A stretch of DNA of 32,000 nucleotides from Candidatus Lokiarchaeum ossiferum (lineage in GTDB: Archaea; Asgardarchaeota; Lokiarchaeia; Sigyniarchaeales; Promethearchaeaceae): contig CP104013.1 of the NCBI GenBank assembly GCA_025839675.1, positions 1,800,001 through 1,832,000 on the forward strand, in the 5' to 3' direction. The position numbers and the translations under genes were made by a program. A model generated the notes under the pieces. The model saw nothing but the letters and a program-made list of their open reading frames with translations, was not told where the DNA came from and searched no databases. Of the stretch, positions 18,533-25,747 are shown in pieces. Each line of letters begins with the position of its first letter. The stretch's first letter is position 1.

Positions 18533-19615
18533 ATGACAGAAGAACTTATAACTAATATTGTGGAAATTCAGCGAAAGTTGACTTCATTAATAGGAGTGAG
18601 TGGTAGGGAAGATTTGGTCAGAGATTTTATCTATTCTGCAATGAAAAATTTTGCTGATAAAGTTTGGATCGATCCCATGGGAAACGTTCTTGCGGAAAAG
18701 AATGGTTCCAAAGAAAATGGACTTCGAATAATGCTTGACGCTCATATGGACGAGGTGGGTTTTATGATCCGTTATATTGATGAAAAGGGTTTCCTTCGAT
18801 TCTCTCCTCTAGGAGGTATTGACAAACGACTATATCCTGGCAGCAGAGTTTTAATTAAAACAACTGATAATAAATCAGTTTCGGGAATTATTGGGATGCC
18901 ACCACCCCATATTACTTCTGCAGCCGAACGGGAAAAATCCCCCGACCATTTTGGGTTATTTATTGATATTGGAGCCAAAAATAAAGATGAAGTGGAAATT
19001 TTGGGCATTGATATTGGAAGTACCGGAGTTTTAGATTATCCCTTTGAATATATACCGGAGAGAGGTATCATGCGTGGAAGAGGTTTTGACGATCGCACCG
19101 GATGCAATGTCTTGTTACAAATAGCCAAACTTTTATCCCAACAAGCTCAATTGGAAAATACAATTGTTTTTAGTTTCTCTACTACTGAAGAAGTTGGTGC
19201 TCGAGGAACTCAAGCAGCCACCCATAATCTCAACCCAGACATAGGATTTGCCATTGAAAATACCATAGCAGCCGATGTCCCAGGAGTCCCCGCGGATAAA
19301 AATCCAACATCGTGCGGATCTGGCCCCGCTTTTACAGCAGCAGATCATGGAACAATTTATGATCACCGATTGTTAAAATTACTTCAAGAAACCGCAAAGG
19401 AACTCAATATTCCTTGGCAATACAAGTTACCCACATTTGGGGGAACAAATGCAGGAGTTTTCCATAAAATGATTGGAGGAATTCCAGCAGCAGGAGTATC
19501 TGTACCCTGCCGATATATTCACTCACCTCTAGCTCAAAATTTGGTCGCAGATGTGCAAAAAACGATTGAAGTTTTATTGGTCACAATTTCGAAGCCAATT
19601 GAATTAAAATATTAA
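18533..19615 (+). CDS. M42 family metallo-aminopeptidase (TET / FrvX-like)
   Basis: 360 aa. Motifs: LDAHMDEVGFMI, GRGFDDRTGC, TTEEVGARG. The length is typical. Confidence 0.85.
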   Translation: MTEELITNIVEIQRKLTSLIGVSGREDLVRDFIYSAMKNFADKVWIDPMGNVLAEKNGSKENGLRIMLDAHMDEVGFMIRYIDEKGFLRFSPLGGIDKRLYPGSRVLIKTTDNKSVSGIIGMPPPHITSAAEREKSPDHFGLFIDIGAKNKDEVEILGIDIGSTGVLDYPFEYIPERGIMRGRGFDDRTGCNVLLQIAKLLSQQAQLENTIVFSFSTTEEVGARGTQAATHNLNPDIGFAIENTIAADVPGVPADKNPTSCGSGPAFTAADHGTIYDHRLLKLLQETAKELNIPWQYKLPTFGGTNAGVFHKMIGGIPAAGVSVPCRYIHSPLAQNLVADVQKTIEVLLVTISKPIELKY

Positions 19616-19633
19616 AAAAAAATTTGAATTTTC

Positions 19634-20395
19634 CTATTCTTCAGTATCTAAAGGAGGAGTTGGTCTTCTCATGCATTTTTTTACCAATTTTTTAACTTCT
19701 TCTACATTGAAAGATTCGAGATCTTCTAATTGATGGATTAATTCATCCAATTCTTTCTTATCTTCTGCAATAAAGGTCAATCGTTGGTTCATATGTCGAA
19801 TATGACGATTTAATTGATGGCGCATTCCACGAAAATAATCTAAAGTATCCTCTTTCGATGTGAAAGTAGCAATTTGATCATGCATTAATCGTCGTGGTCC
19901 ACGTCCTCTCATCGGAAAACCATATTTTCCAATGGGTGCAATTTCTTCTAATAAAATATTTCGTTCGGCAGCGCGTTCTTTAAGAACTTCGAGATAATTT
20001 TTTCCTTCTTTTGTAAGTTGATATAGATTTGATTTTTTACCTTCCAAACTTGGATTAGCTAATTCAACAAATTTTTGATCTTCCAAAATTTTTAATCCAC
20101 GTAGCATATTTCCTCGTGGCATACCGTGCATTTTTTGAAGCTCCATACCAGATAAACCAGATGGTGCATCCTCCAGAGCGGAAAGAATAAATAATTCTTT
20201 CAAATCACGATAGACTTCATCACGCTTCATCATTCGAGGATTTCCCATGGGGCCAAATCTTCGAAGAAAACGCCGTTGAAGTGGATGAGTACCCTTTCTA
20301 TGATGATGGGGAGAAGGATTTCTCCTTTGATCATCATCATGGTACATACGATCATCTCTTTTTCTAGAACCATTTTTAGTTTTGGGATCACTCAT
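19634..20395 (-). CDS. Winged-helix transcriptional regulator (PadR/MarR-like) with a basic, His-rich N-terminal tail
   Basis: 253 aa. Core ILSALEDAPSGLSGMELQKMHGMPRGNMLRGLKILEDQKFVEL...SNLYQLTKEGKNYLEVL. N-terminus rich in R/H/K/D. A C-terminal coiled-coil-like helix is present. Confidence 0.6.
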   Translation of the reverse strand: MSDPKTKNGSRKRDDRMYHDDDQRRNPSPHHHRKGTHPLQRRFLRRFGPMGNPRMMKRDEVYRDLKELFILSALEDAPSGLSGMELQKMHGMPRGNMLRGLKILEDQKFVELANPSLEGKKSNLYQLTKEGKNYLEVLKERAAERNILLEEIAPIGKYGFPMRGRGPRRLMHDQIATFTSKEDTLDYFRGMRHQLNRHIRHMNQRLTFIAEDKKELDELIHQLEDLESFNVEEVKKLVKKCMRRPTPPLDTEE

Positions 20396-20549
20396 TAGAA
20401 TTCACTCTGTCTGGCTGATGATTTGATTTATTTTTTGGCGCTTTGGCGATTTTCTGCTTCCATCTCGGAAGATGGGAAAGATCTCTATCCTTTTTAGGAT
20501 GATCTGGATCGATTTTTTGATGGTTTGATTTAGTTTTTTTTACATTCAT
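20388..20549 (-). CDS. Small Lys/His/Pro-rich basic protein, overlapping the downstream regulator gene
   Basis: The ORF track gives a GTG start at 20603, but that lies inside the predicted promoter. The first ATG downstream of the predicted TSS is at 20549 (53 aa, MNVKKTKSNHQK...). Contains two K-x-K-S-N-H-Q repeats. Its stop overlaps the next start (ATGAGTGA). Confidence 0.35.
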   Translation of the reverse strand: MNVKKTKSNHQKIDPDHPKKDRDLSHLPRWKQKIAKAPKNKSNHQPDRVNSNE

Positions 20550-20562
20550 GTTTTTCACTTTG

Positions 20563-20633
20563 TGACCACAATGGTCAGTTAAGATTATGATCATAATGGT
20601 CACACAAGTATTTAAATGTGTCCATTGTGGTCA
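20563..20633. promoter_or_regulatory. Three 15-bp palindromic operator-like sites (TGACCA-N3-TGGTCA type) bracketing a TATA box
   Basis: Read directly: 20563-20577 TGACCACAATGGTCA (perfect arms), 20588-20602 TGATCATAATGGTCA, 20619-20633 TGTCCATTGTGGTCA. All share the TGGTCA right arm. Confidence 0.55.
20609..20616 (-). promoter_or_regulatory. Archaeal TATA box (TTTAAATA on the minus strand) for the small-ORF/regulator operon
   Basis: Matches the TTTAWATA consensus. Located 60-67 nt upstream of the ATG at 20549 and between palindromes 2 and 3. Confidence 0.5.
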
Positions 20634-20669
20634 CGGGTAACAAAAAGATATAGAAAAAAAAAATCAAAT

Positions 20670-21965
20670 CTAACAGTGTAAGTAACGATCTATTTCCCAT
20701 TCTTGCTCGTAATGGTTATTAACTGCAACCAAGTGTTCAATAAGCTCAGCACGTTTCTTTTCAAGATATATATCTTTAAATTGTTGACCGAATACCTTCG
20801 TAATGAACTCACTCTCTTCAAATGCATCAAGCGAATCTTTTAAACTAGAAGGTAATTGACTAATCCCTAAACTTGCTCGCTCTTCATCAGTTAAATGATC
20901 AATATTCTTTCGAGTGGGAATATTTGGCTGAATTTTATTACGGATTCCATCTAAACCTGCCGCTAAAAGTGCAGCACAACCGAGATAAATATTCATTGTC
21001 CCATCACCCGCCCGAAATTCCATATGAGCCTTCGATTCATATCCAGGAACACGCATTAATGCAGTCCTATTTCCAATACCCCATGCTTTGTGCACAGGAG
21101 CTTCGTGATTTGGAACCAAACGCTTGTATGAATTGGTTGAAGGGTTTAATAATGCTGAAATCGCATCAGCATGTTTTATAGTTCCCCCAATGAAATACTT
21201 CAATTCATCACTAATTCCACCTTCAGTAGCAAAAATATTATTGCCCTCTTTATCTTCTAAGTATTCATGAATATGTAATCCACTACCTGCTTTTCCCGCA
21301 AAAGGTTTTGGCATAAAAGTACTAACTAAACCGTTGAATAATGCTTCTGATTTAACAATGAGCTTACCTGTTTGAACATTATCTGCTTGGGCTAAACCAT
21401 CCAGTTTTGAAAGTTCAATTTCATGTTGGGCAGGACCTACTTCATGATGAACTGTATGCGGGCTTCCTTTGGAAAACATACTTAGCATATCATCTGTGAT
21501 TTGTCTTCGAACTTCATGTAAATGGTCTTTTGGGACAGTACACATATAATCTCCTTCATCAGCAGGATCTAAATCATCGTCTAAGAAATACCATTCCAAT
21601 TCTGGTCTCGTTTTAAAAACATACCCCATTGAATCAGCTTCAGCCAATACTTTAATTAAAATTCCCCTCGGGCATGTAGGATAAGGTAAACCATCATTAC
21701 CAACCATATTGCAAATAAACCGTCCCACTCGGGGGCTCCAAGGTAAAATTGCAAACGTTTCTAAATCAGGAATTGCACGCATATCAGATTGTTCTGTGGA
21801 CAAAAATCCTAAACTTGATCCATCAACACCAGTACCTTCTTTCATGCTTTCCCAGTTTTGAGCGGGAAATTCAACTTCTTTCAAATCGCCCATTAAGGTG
21901 GTAAATTGGTATTGAATATAATCAATTCCTTTTTCTTTAAAATACTCAACAGTAAATTCAGTCAT
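20670..21965 (-). CDS. glnA: Glutamine synthetase, type I
   Basis: About 431 aa. Typical GS blocks: DGSSLGF..., ELEWYFLD, HHEVGPAQHEIE, KPFAGKAGSGLHIH, NSYKRLVPNHEAP, MEFRAGDGTMNIYL. The track start at 21971 is TTG; ATG at 21965 is preferred. Confidence 0.92.
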   Translation of the reverse strand: MTEFTVEYFKEKGIDYIQYQFTTLMGDLKEVEFPAQNWESMKEGTGVDGSSLGFLSTEQSDMRAIPDLETFAILPWSPRVGRFICNMVGNDGLPYPTCPRGILIKVLAEADSMGYVFKTRPELEWYFLDDDLDPADEGDYMCTVPKDHLHEVRRQITDDMLSMFSKGSPHTVHHEVGPAQHEIELSKLDGLAQADNVQTGKLIVKSEALFNGLVSTFMPKPFAGKAGSGLHIHEYLEDKEGNNIFATEGGISDELKYFIGGTIKHADAISALLNPSTNSYKRLVPNHEAPVHKAWGIGNRTALMRVPGYESKAHMEFRAGDGTMNIYLGCAALLAAGLDGIRNKIQPNIPTRKNIDHLTDEERASLGISQLPSSLKDSLDAFEESEFITKVFGQQFKDIYLEKKRAELIEHLVAVNNHYEQEWEIDRYLHC

Positions 21966-22004
21966 TGTCAAAACTCCAGATTGTATTTTTTTTAAATCGG
22001 CGAT

Positions 22005-22014
22005 ATTTAAATAG
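22005..22014. promoter_or_regulatory. Palindromic TATA element TATTTAAATA, likely the glnA promoter
   Basis: Contains TTTAAATA on both strands. Lies about 40-50 nt upstream of the glnA ATG (21965). Confidence 0.4.
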
Positions 22015-22047
22015 TTTCGGTTTTTCTATTGCCCCAACTTGCTTTTT

Positions 22048-22063
22048 TCCCAATAAATTGGGA
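22048..22063. promoter_or_regulatory. 16-bp palindrome TCCCAAT-AA-ATTGGGA upstream of the glnA TATA box
   Basis: Read directly. Perfect 7-bp arms. Lies about 35-50 bp upstream of the putative glnA TATA. Confidence 0.4.
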
Positions 22064-22298
22064 CGCTAATCAAAAAAAATAAAATTTGAACAGAAGATAG
22101 ATGAGTTAGGTCAAAAATTGAAGTTTTTTTATACATTTCTACAAAGACTCTATTTATTGCTTGTTTTTTTATATCTATTTGAATTTGGTTTCTTGAAAAC
22201 TTTCTAAGGATTATGTTTTAATCATTATTTTTTGCCCTAAAATCAGATAAAACTTCAAATTATACGTTAAAAAATTATAAAGGGGATAATCGTGAAAA

Positions 22299-23105
22299 AT
22301 GGCAGTCTCAAATAAAAATATTGATCCAAATTTTAACTTAGAAACAGTAGATGTAAGCATACTTGATGCAGAATATGAAAAGGAAATCAAAATAATTGTT
22401 ATGGGAGAAATGGATGCAGGAAAAAGTTCGCTGATTAAGATTTTTTTTGGTGACAAAACCCCACAAAGCATTTTATCTAATAAACTGGAGCCTACAATTG
22501 GCGTAGAAATAAATATCTTCGAAAAAAATCATGCTAAAATCGGAGTATTTGATTTAGCTGGGCAAGAGATGGCTCGATGGTTATCCCCAAATAATGAAGA
22601 AATGTTTTATGAAACCGATGGAATTTTATTATTTTTTACGTTATCAAATAATCTAAAAAAGAAAGAGATCGAACGAACTTCAAAAAAATTGAAATACTTT
22701 CTGAATGAAAAAGCGCCAAAATGTCAAGTTACTGTGATTTTAAACAAATATGATGACTATATTAATTCAAAAAGTGGAAACTTGAAAAAAGCAAATCGAA
22801 TAAAAATGATGGTAGAAGAAGCCTCACAATTCCCAACATATATTAGTGCATTAACCCCAAATTATTATCCTTTATTGCGATTGAAACTAGATCGTATGTT
22901 AGGAACTATGCCGGTAGAACCACCCTCCATCGCAGAATCCCCTGCAACTGATTTGGCTCAACCTTCAGAAAATTTTTTCAAACAAGATGGACATATTGTT
23001 AAAGGACTATATTTGAGCGACGCAACTCAAGCTTTTGAAGAAGATTACGATGTTAAAATATCGAGACAAGAAATAATGAGCTCGGAATTTAGTTTAGGTC
23101 GTTAA
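22299..23105 (+). CDS. Ras/Rab-like small GTPase with a roughly 100-aa C-terminal extension
   Basis: 268 aa. G1 GEMDAGKS, switch I PTIG, G3 DLAGQE, G4 NKYD. No C-terminal CaaX or Cys motif. Confidence 0.8.
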   Translation: MAVSNKNIDPNFNLETVDVSILDAEYEKEIKIIVMGEMDAGKSSLIKIFFGDKTPQSILSNKLEPTIGVEINIFEKNHAKIGVFDLAGQEMARWLSPNNEEMFYETDGILLFFTLSNNLKKKEIERTSKKLKYFLNEKAPKCQVTVILNKYDDYINSKSGNLKKANRIKMMVEEASQFPTYISALTPNYYPLLRLKLDRMLGTMPVEPPSIAESPATDLAQPSENFFKQDGHIVKGLYLSDATQAFEEDYDVKISRQEIMSSEFSLGR

Positions 23106-23119
23106 TTCACTATTTTTTT

Positions 23120-23983
23120 TCATAACTTTTCATTTTCTAGCATCTGATAGTACCCAATAATATTTTCTATTACGTTAGACGCATTTAGATAACCTTGAGT
23201 TGCTGCCCGACTCACAGTTTCCTCCAAAAATTCACAACAGGCATAATTTTCGGGGATAGGCATATCTAATGACCGAAGATTATAGAGACTTCGCCATATG
23301 CCAATAATCCATTCAATCAAATTTCTAATTTTCTTATTAAAAATCACTTCACTATTCCCCGATAAAGTAAAATCTTTAATAAATCGATACAACATCTCTG
23401 GTGAATCAGAACCTCCACATTGTTCAACATAATTATGAGCAATCAATATCGATAAAATCGAATGTATCTCATCGATCGAAACATCAAAATTCGATCGGTT
23501 CATATTTCTTCTAATACGTTCAGCAGAGAGGGGTTTAATTTTCATTAATTCTTTATTCTTTGCGACCACAATATAGCCCATAGGAACGTTTGTTAGATCT
23601 AACATGAAATATTGTAATAAAGAACCAATGAGAATCTCATTGGTTAAAAATACAACAGAAAAAAAATCACTTTCTGGAAAATCGACCCTCATTTGTTCTG
23701 GAAATAAATAGTGTTCGTAAAAATTATCAATCAAAGTTTTAATTACAATAAGAGTATCATTCATAGCTTGATGTAGAGTTTGTAATACTTGAATTCGGTA
23801 GGAAAGATTTTCTAAAAAATCAGTAGGATCTACTTTCATATTTTTAATTTTTAGGAGCGAAGGATTGAAATTAGGCCAATTAGTATTTAAAATGGATTGA
23901 AGCCGAAATAATTGTGTTTTTATGGTACTGAATTGTTCTAATACGGTTTCAAGCAAAACTTTTAAAAATTTATCTGGGATCAT
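23120..23983 (-). CDS. Uncharacterised helical protein with a winged-helix-like segment; overlaps the JAMM gene
   Basis: The track start at 24007 is TTG; the first ATG at 23983 (MIPDKFLKVLLE...) overlaps the upstream JAMM stop by 14 nt. The segment LSAERIRRNM...SIDEIHSILSILIAHNYVEQ...MLYRFIKDFTL looks like helix-turn-helix plus wing. Confidence 0.5.
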   Translation of the reverse strand: MIPDKFLKVLLETVLEQFSTIKTQLFRLQSILNTNWPNFNPSLLKIKNMKVDPTDFLENLSYRIQVLQTLHQAMNDTLIVIKTLIDNFYEHYLFPEQMRVDFPESDFFSVVFLTNEILIGSLLQYFMLDLTNVPMGYIVVAKNKELMKIKPLSAERIRRNMNRSNFDVSIDEIHSILSILIAHNYVEQCGGSDSPEMLYRFIKDFTLSGNSEVIFNKKIRNLIEWIIGIWRSLYNLRSLDMPIPENYACCEFLEETVSRAATQGYLNASNVIENIIGYYQMLENEKL

Positions 23984-24479
23984 TGATAACTTCCATTTCC
24001 AATTCAATTACTTTTTTTTGGGGGCAGTTCATTTTATTATTCCATTCTAGGCGATATGCTCGCATACCGCGAACGGTTGTGGGATCTTGTATTTGATGTG
24101 GATTAATTACAATAGCAGTCCAATTAGGATTTTGAGTTTGAGCAGGATAATGATAAGTTACATCAGTATGTGACATATAAATATGATCTCCTCCCTTGAA
24201 TGGATGGGAATGGAACCACCCTAACCAATCAAGATCTCTACTCTCGGCATTTTTAATAAGAGGAACAACTTTTACGTAATCTTCATCAGTAAAATGAACA
24301 TCTTGCCGATTTCCAACTCGAAAAGGGTAAGATTCTTCAATAAATAGTTCTGCAGCTTCATTTTTAGTTCCAAAAAAAACCCCAATTACTTCCCGATTTG
24401 GATGAGCTAAAGCATATTCCATCATGATTTGATATGCGGAATGATCTAAATATACTTTGGATGTAGGAGTTAATTTCAA
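23970..24479 (-). CDS. JAMM/MPN+ metalloprotease (Rpn11/desampylase-like)
   Basis: 169 aa. Conserved Glu in NREVIGVFFG. Zinc motif WFHSHPFKGGDHIYMSHTD (H-S-H ... S-x-x-D, with a 10-residue rather than 7-residue spacer). The only upstream start is TTG at 24479, because an in-frame TAA lies at 24480-24482. Confidence 0.8.
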   Translation of the reverse strand: MKLTPTSKVYLDHSAYQIMMEYALAHPNREVIGVFFGTKNEAAELFIEESYPFRVGNRQDVHFTDEDYVKVVPLIKNAESRDLDWLGWFHSHPFKGGDHIYMSHTDVTYHYPAQTQNPNWTAIVINPHQIQDPTTVRGMRAYRLEWNNKMNCPQKKVIELEMEVINDPR

Positions 24480-24544
24480 TTAAATCAAGTCTTTTTTAAA
24501 ATTTCATAGGTAAAAGTTTTTGGGTTTAAAAATTTGATATTGTT

Positions 24545-25672
24545 ATGACTCTACGAATTAAGGATATCTTTCCTGATCATGGGATTAAAGCAGAAAAAAA
24601 ATGCACACAGTCTACATTAGCTTTTGCCCCATTGGAACCATATTCTGCAAATCCCTTAATTCGAGAGCTTATGGGACTAAATGGTGCACAATTATTATTT
24701 CGACCAAAGATTTTACCTCAACATTTATTGAAAGCGAAAGAATGGCAATTTTGGGAAAAAATAAAGCATATCACTAAAATTAAAACTCCATCAGGAAAAA
24801 AAGTTTATGATGGAATTCAATTAATAGCACGCCCTGATGATCCCATCAGACCTGCAGTAGAATTCATTAATGCTAATGCAAAAAAGATGGAAATCAGTTT
24901 TATTGATCTTAACTTCTGCTGTCCAGGCTATAAAGTTCTTCCTCAAAAACGCGGAGGAGAATTACTAAAAACACCTGATTTGGTGATCAAGGTTATTTCT
25001 CGAGTCTTAAAATATTCTGATTTGCCAATATCTATGAAAATTAGGAAAGGTTATAACCAAGATGATAATCCAATAGAATTATGTCGAAGAATTAGAAAAG
25101 AATTTGGGAAAAATATTGGATGGATTAGTCTAAATCGAGCTCCAGTGAAAATGGCCGGAGTTAATATGCAACACATCCAAAATGATTTATCAAGTTTTCA
25201 AGAAGCTTATAAAGCTGTTGAAGGAGTAATACCAATCTTAGCAAACGGAGGAATAAGTGATGTTTGTCAATTACAGAACATTGTTCAAAATACAAATGTT
25301 TCAGGAATTATGATTGGCAGAGCAGCTATGGGAAATTCGAGAATTTTTTATAAAGCATCTCAATTTTTCCAGCCAAATTTACTTGCAAAAGATTGGACAA
25401 TTGAGCAAGAATTACAAAATCTATTCCTTCTTGTTAATAAATATAAACGAGGTCCTTCAGGTCGATGGGTTTCAATAGGTAATTTAAAAAGAATATTGTT
25501 TTTTTATATTAAGGCATTTTATGAACGCCGTTCTCAACAAATTCCCAAGGGATATGGTTTTTCCAAATGGAATCAAACTAGTTTTTCTAAAGAGAGTCTC
25601 ATTGCAACACTTATAAATATTTTTCCTTCAATACCAAAACTAACATGGCAACATTGGTTAGCCTTCTTATAG
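24545..25672 (+). CDS. tRNA-dihydrouridine synthase (Dus)-like flavin TIM-barrel protein
   Basis: 375 aa. LAFAPLEPYSANPLIREL resembles the Dus N-terminal APM...R block. DLNFCCPGYKV...RGGELLKTPDL resembles D-x-N-x-G-C-P with the catalytic Cys. ANGGISD resembles the ANGDI block. Confidence 0.65.
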   Translation: MTLRIKDIFPDHGIKAEKKCTQSTLAFAPLEPYSANPLIRELMGLNGAQLLFRPKILPQHLLKAKEWQFWEKIKHITKIKTPSGKKVYDGIQLIARPDDPIRPAVEFINANAKKMEISFIDLNFCCPGYKVLPQKRGGELLKTPDLVIKVISRVLKYSDLPISMKIRKGYNQDDNPIELCRRIRKEFGKNIGWISLNRAPVKMAGVNMQHIQNDLSSFQEAYKAVEGVIPILANGGISDVCQLQNIVQNTNVSGIMIGRAAMGNSRIFYKASQFFQPNLLAKDWTIEQELQNLFLLVNKYKRGPSGRWVSIGNLKRILFFYIKAFYERRSQQIPKGYGFSKWNQTSFSKESLIATLINIFPSIPKLTWQHWLAFL

Positions 25673-25747
25673 TTTTACCGATTTTTATTCAAAGCCAATT
25701 GTTTAACAAGCCAAAAGATTTAAAGTTCGCTTATCTATTTCATCATT

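Noticed and set aside
19634-21965. The wHTH regulator downstream of glnA as the glnA nitrogen regulator
   Set aside because: It has its own promoter and operators. The TGnnCA-N3-TGGTCA palindrome is not present upstream of glnA, which carries a different palindrome. Adjacency alone is insufficient.
21966-21971. TTG start for glnA as given in the ORF track (MTMTEF)
   Set aside because: An ATG lies two codons downstream (21965). The TTG adds only Leu/Met-Thr and is less likely, though it cannot be excluded.
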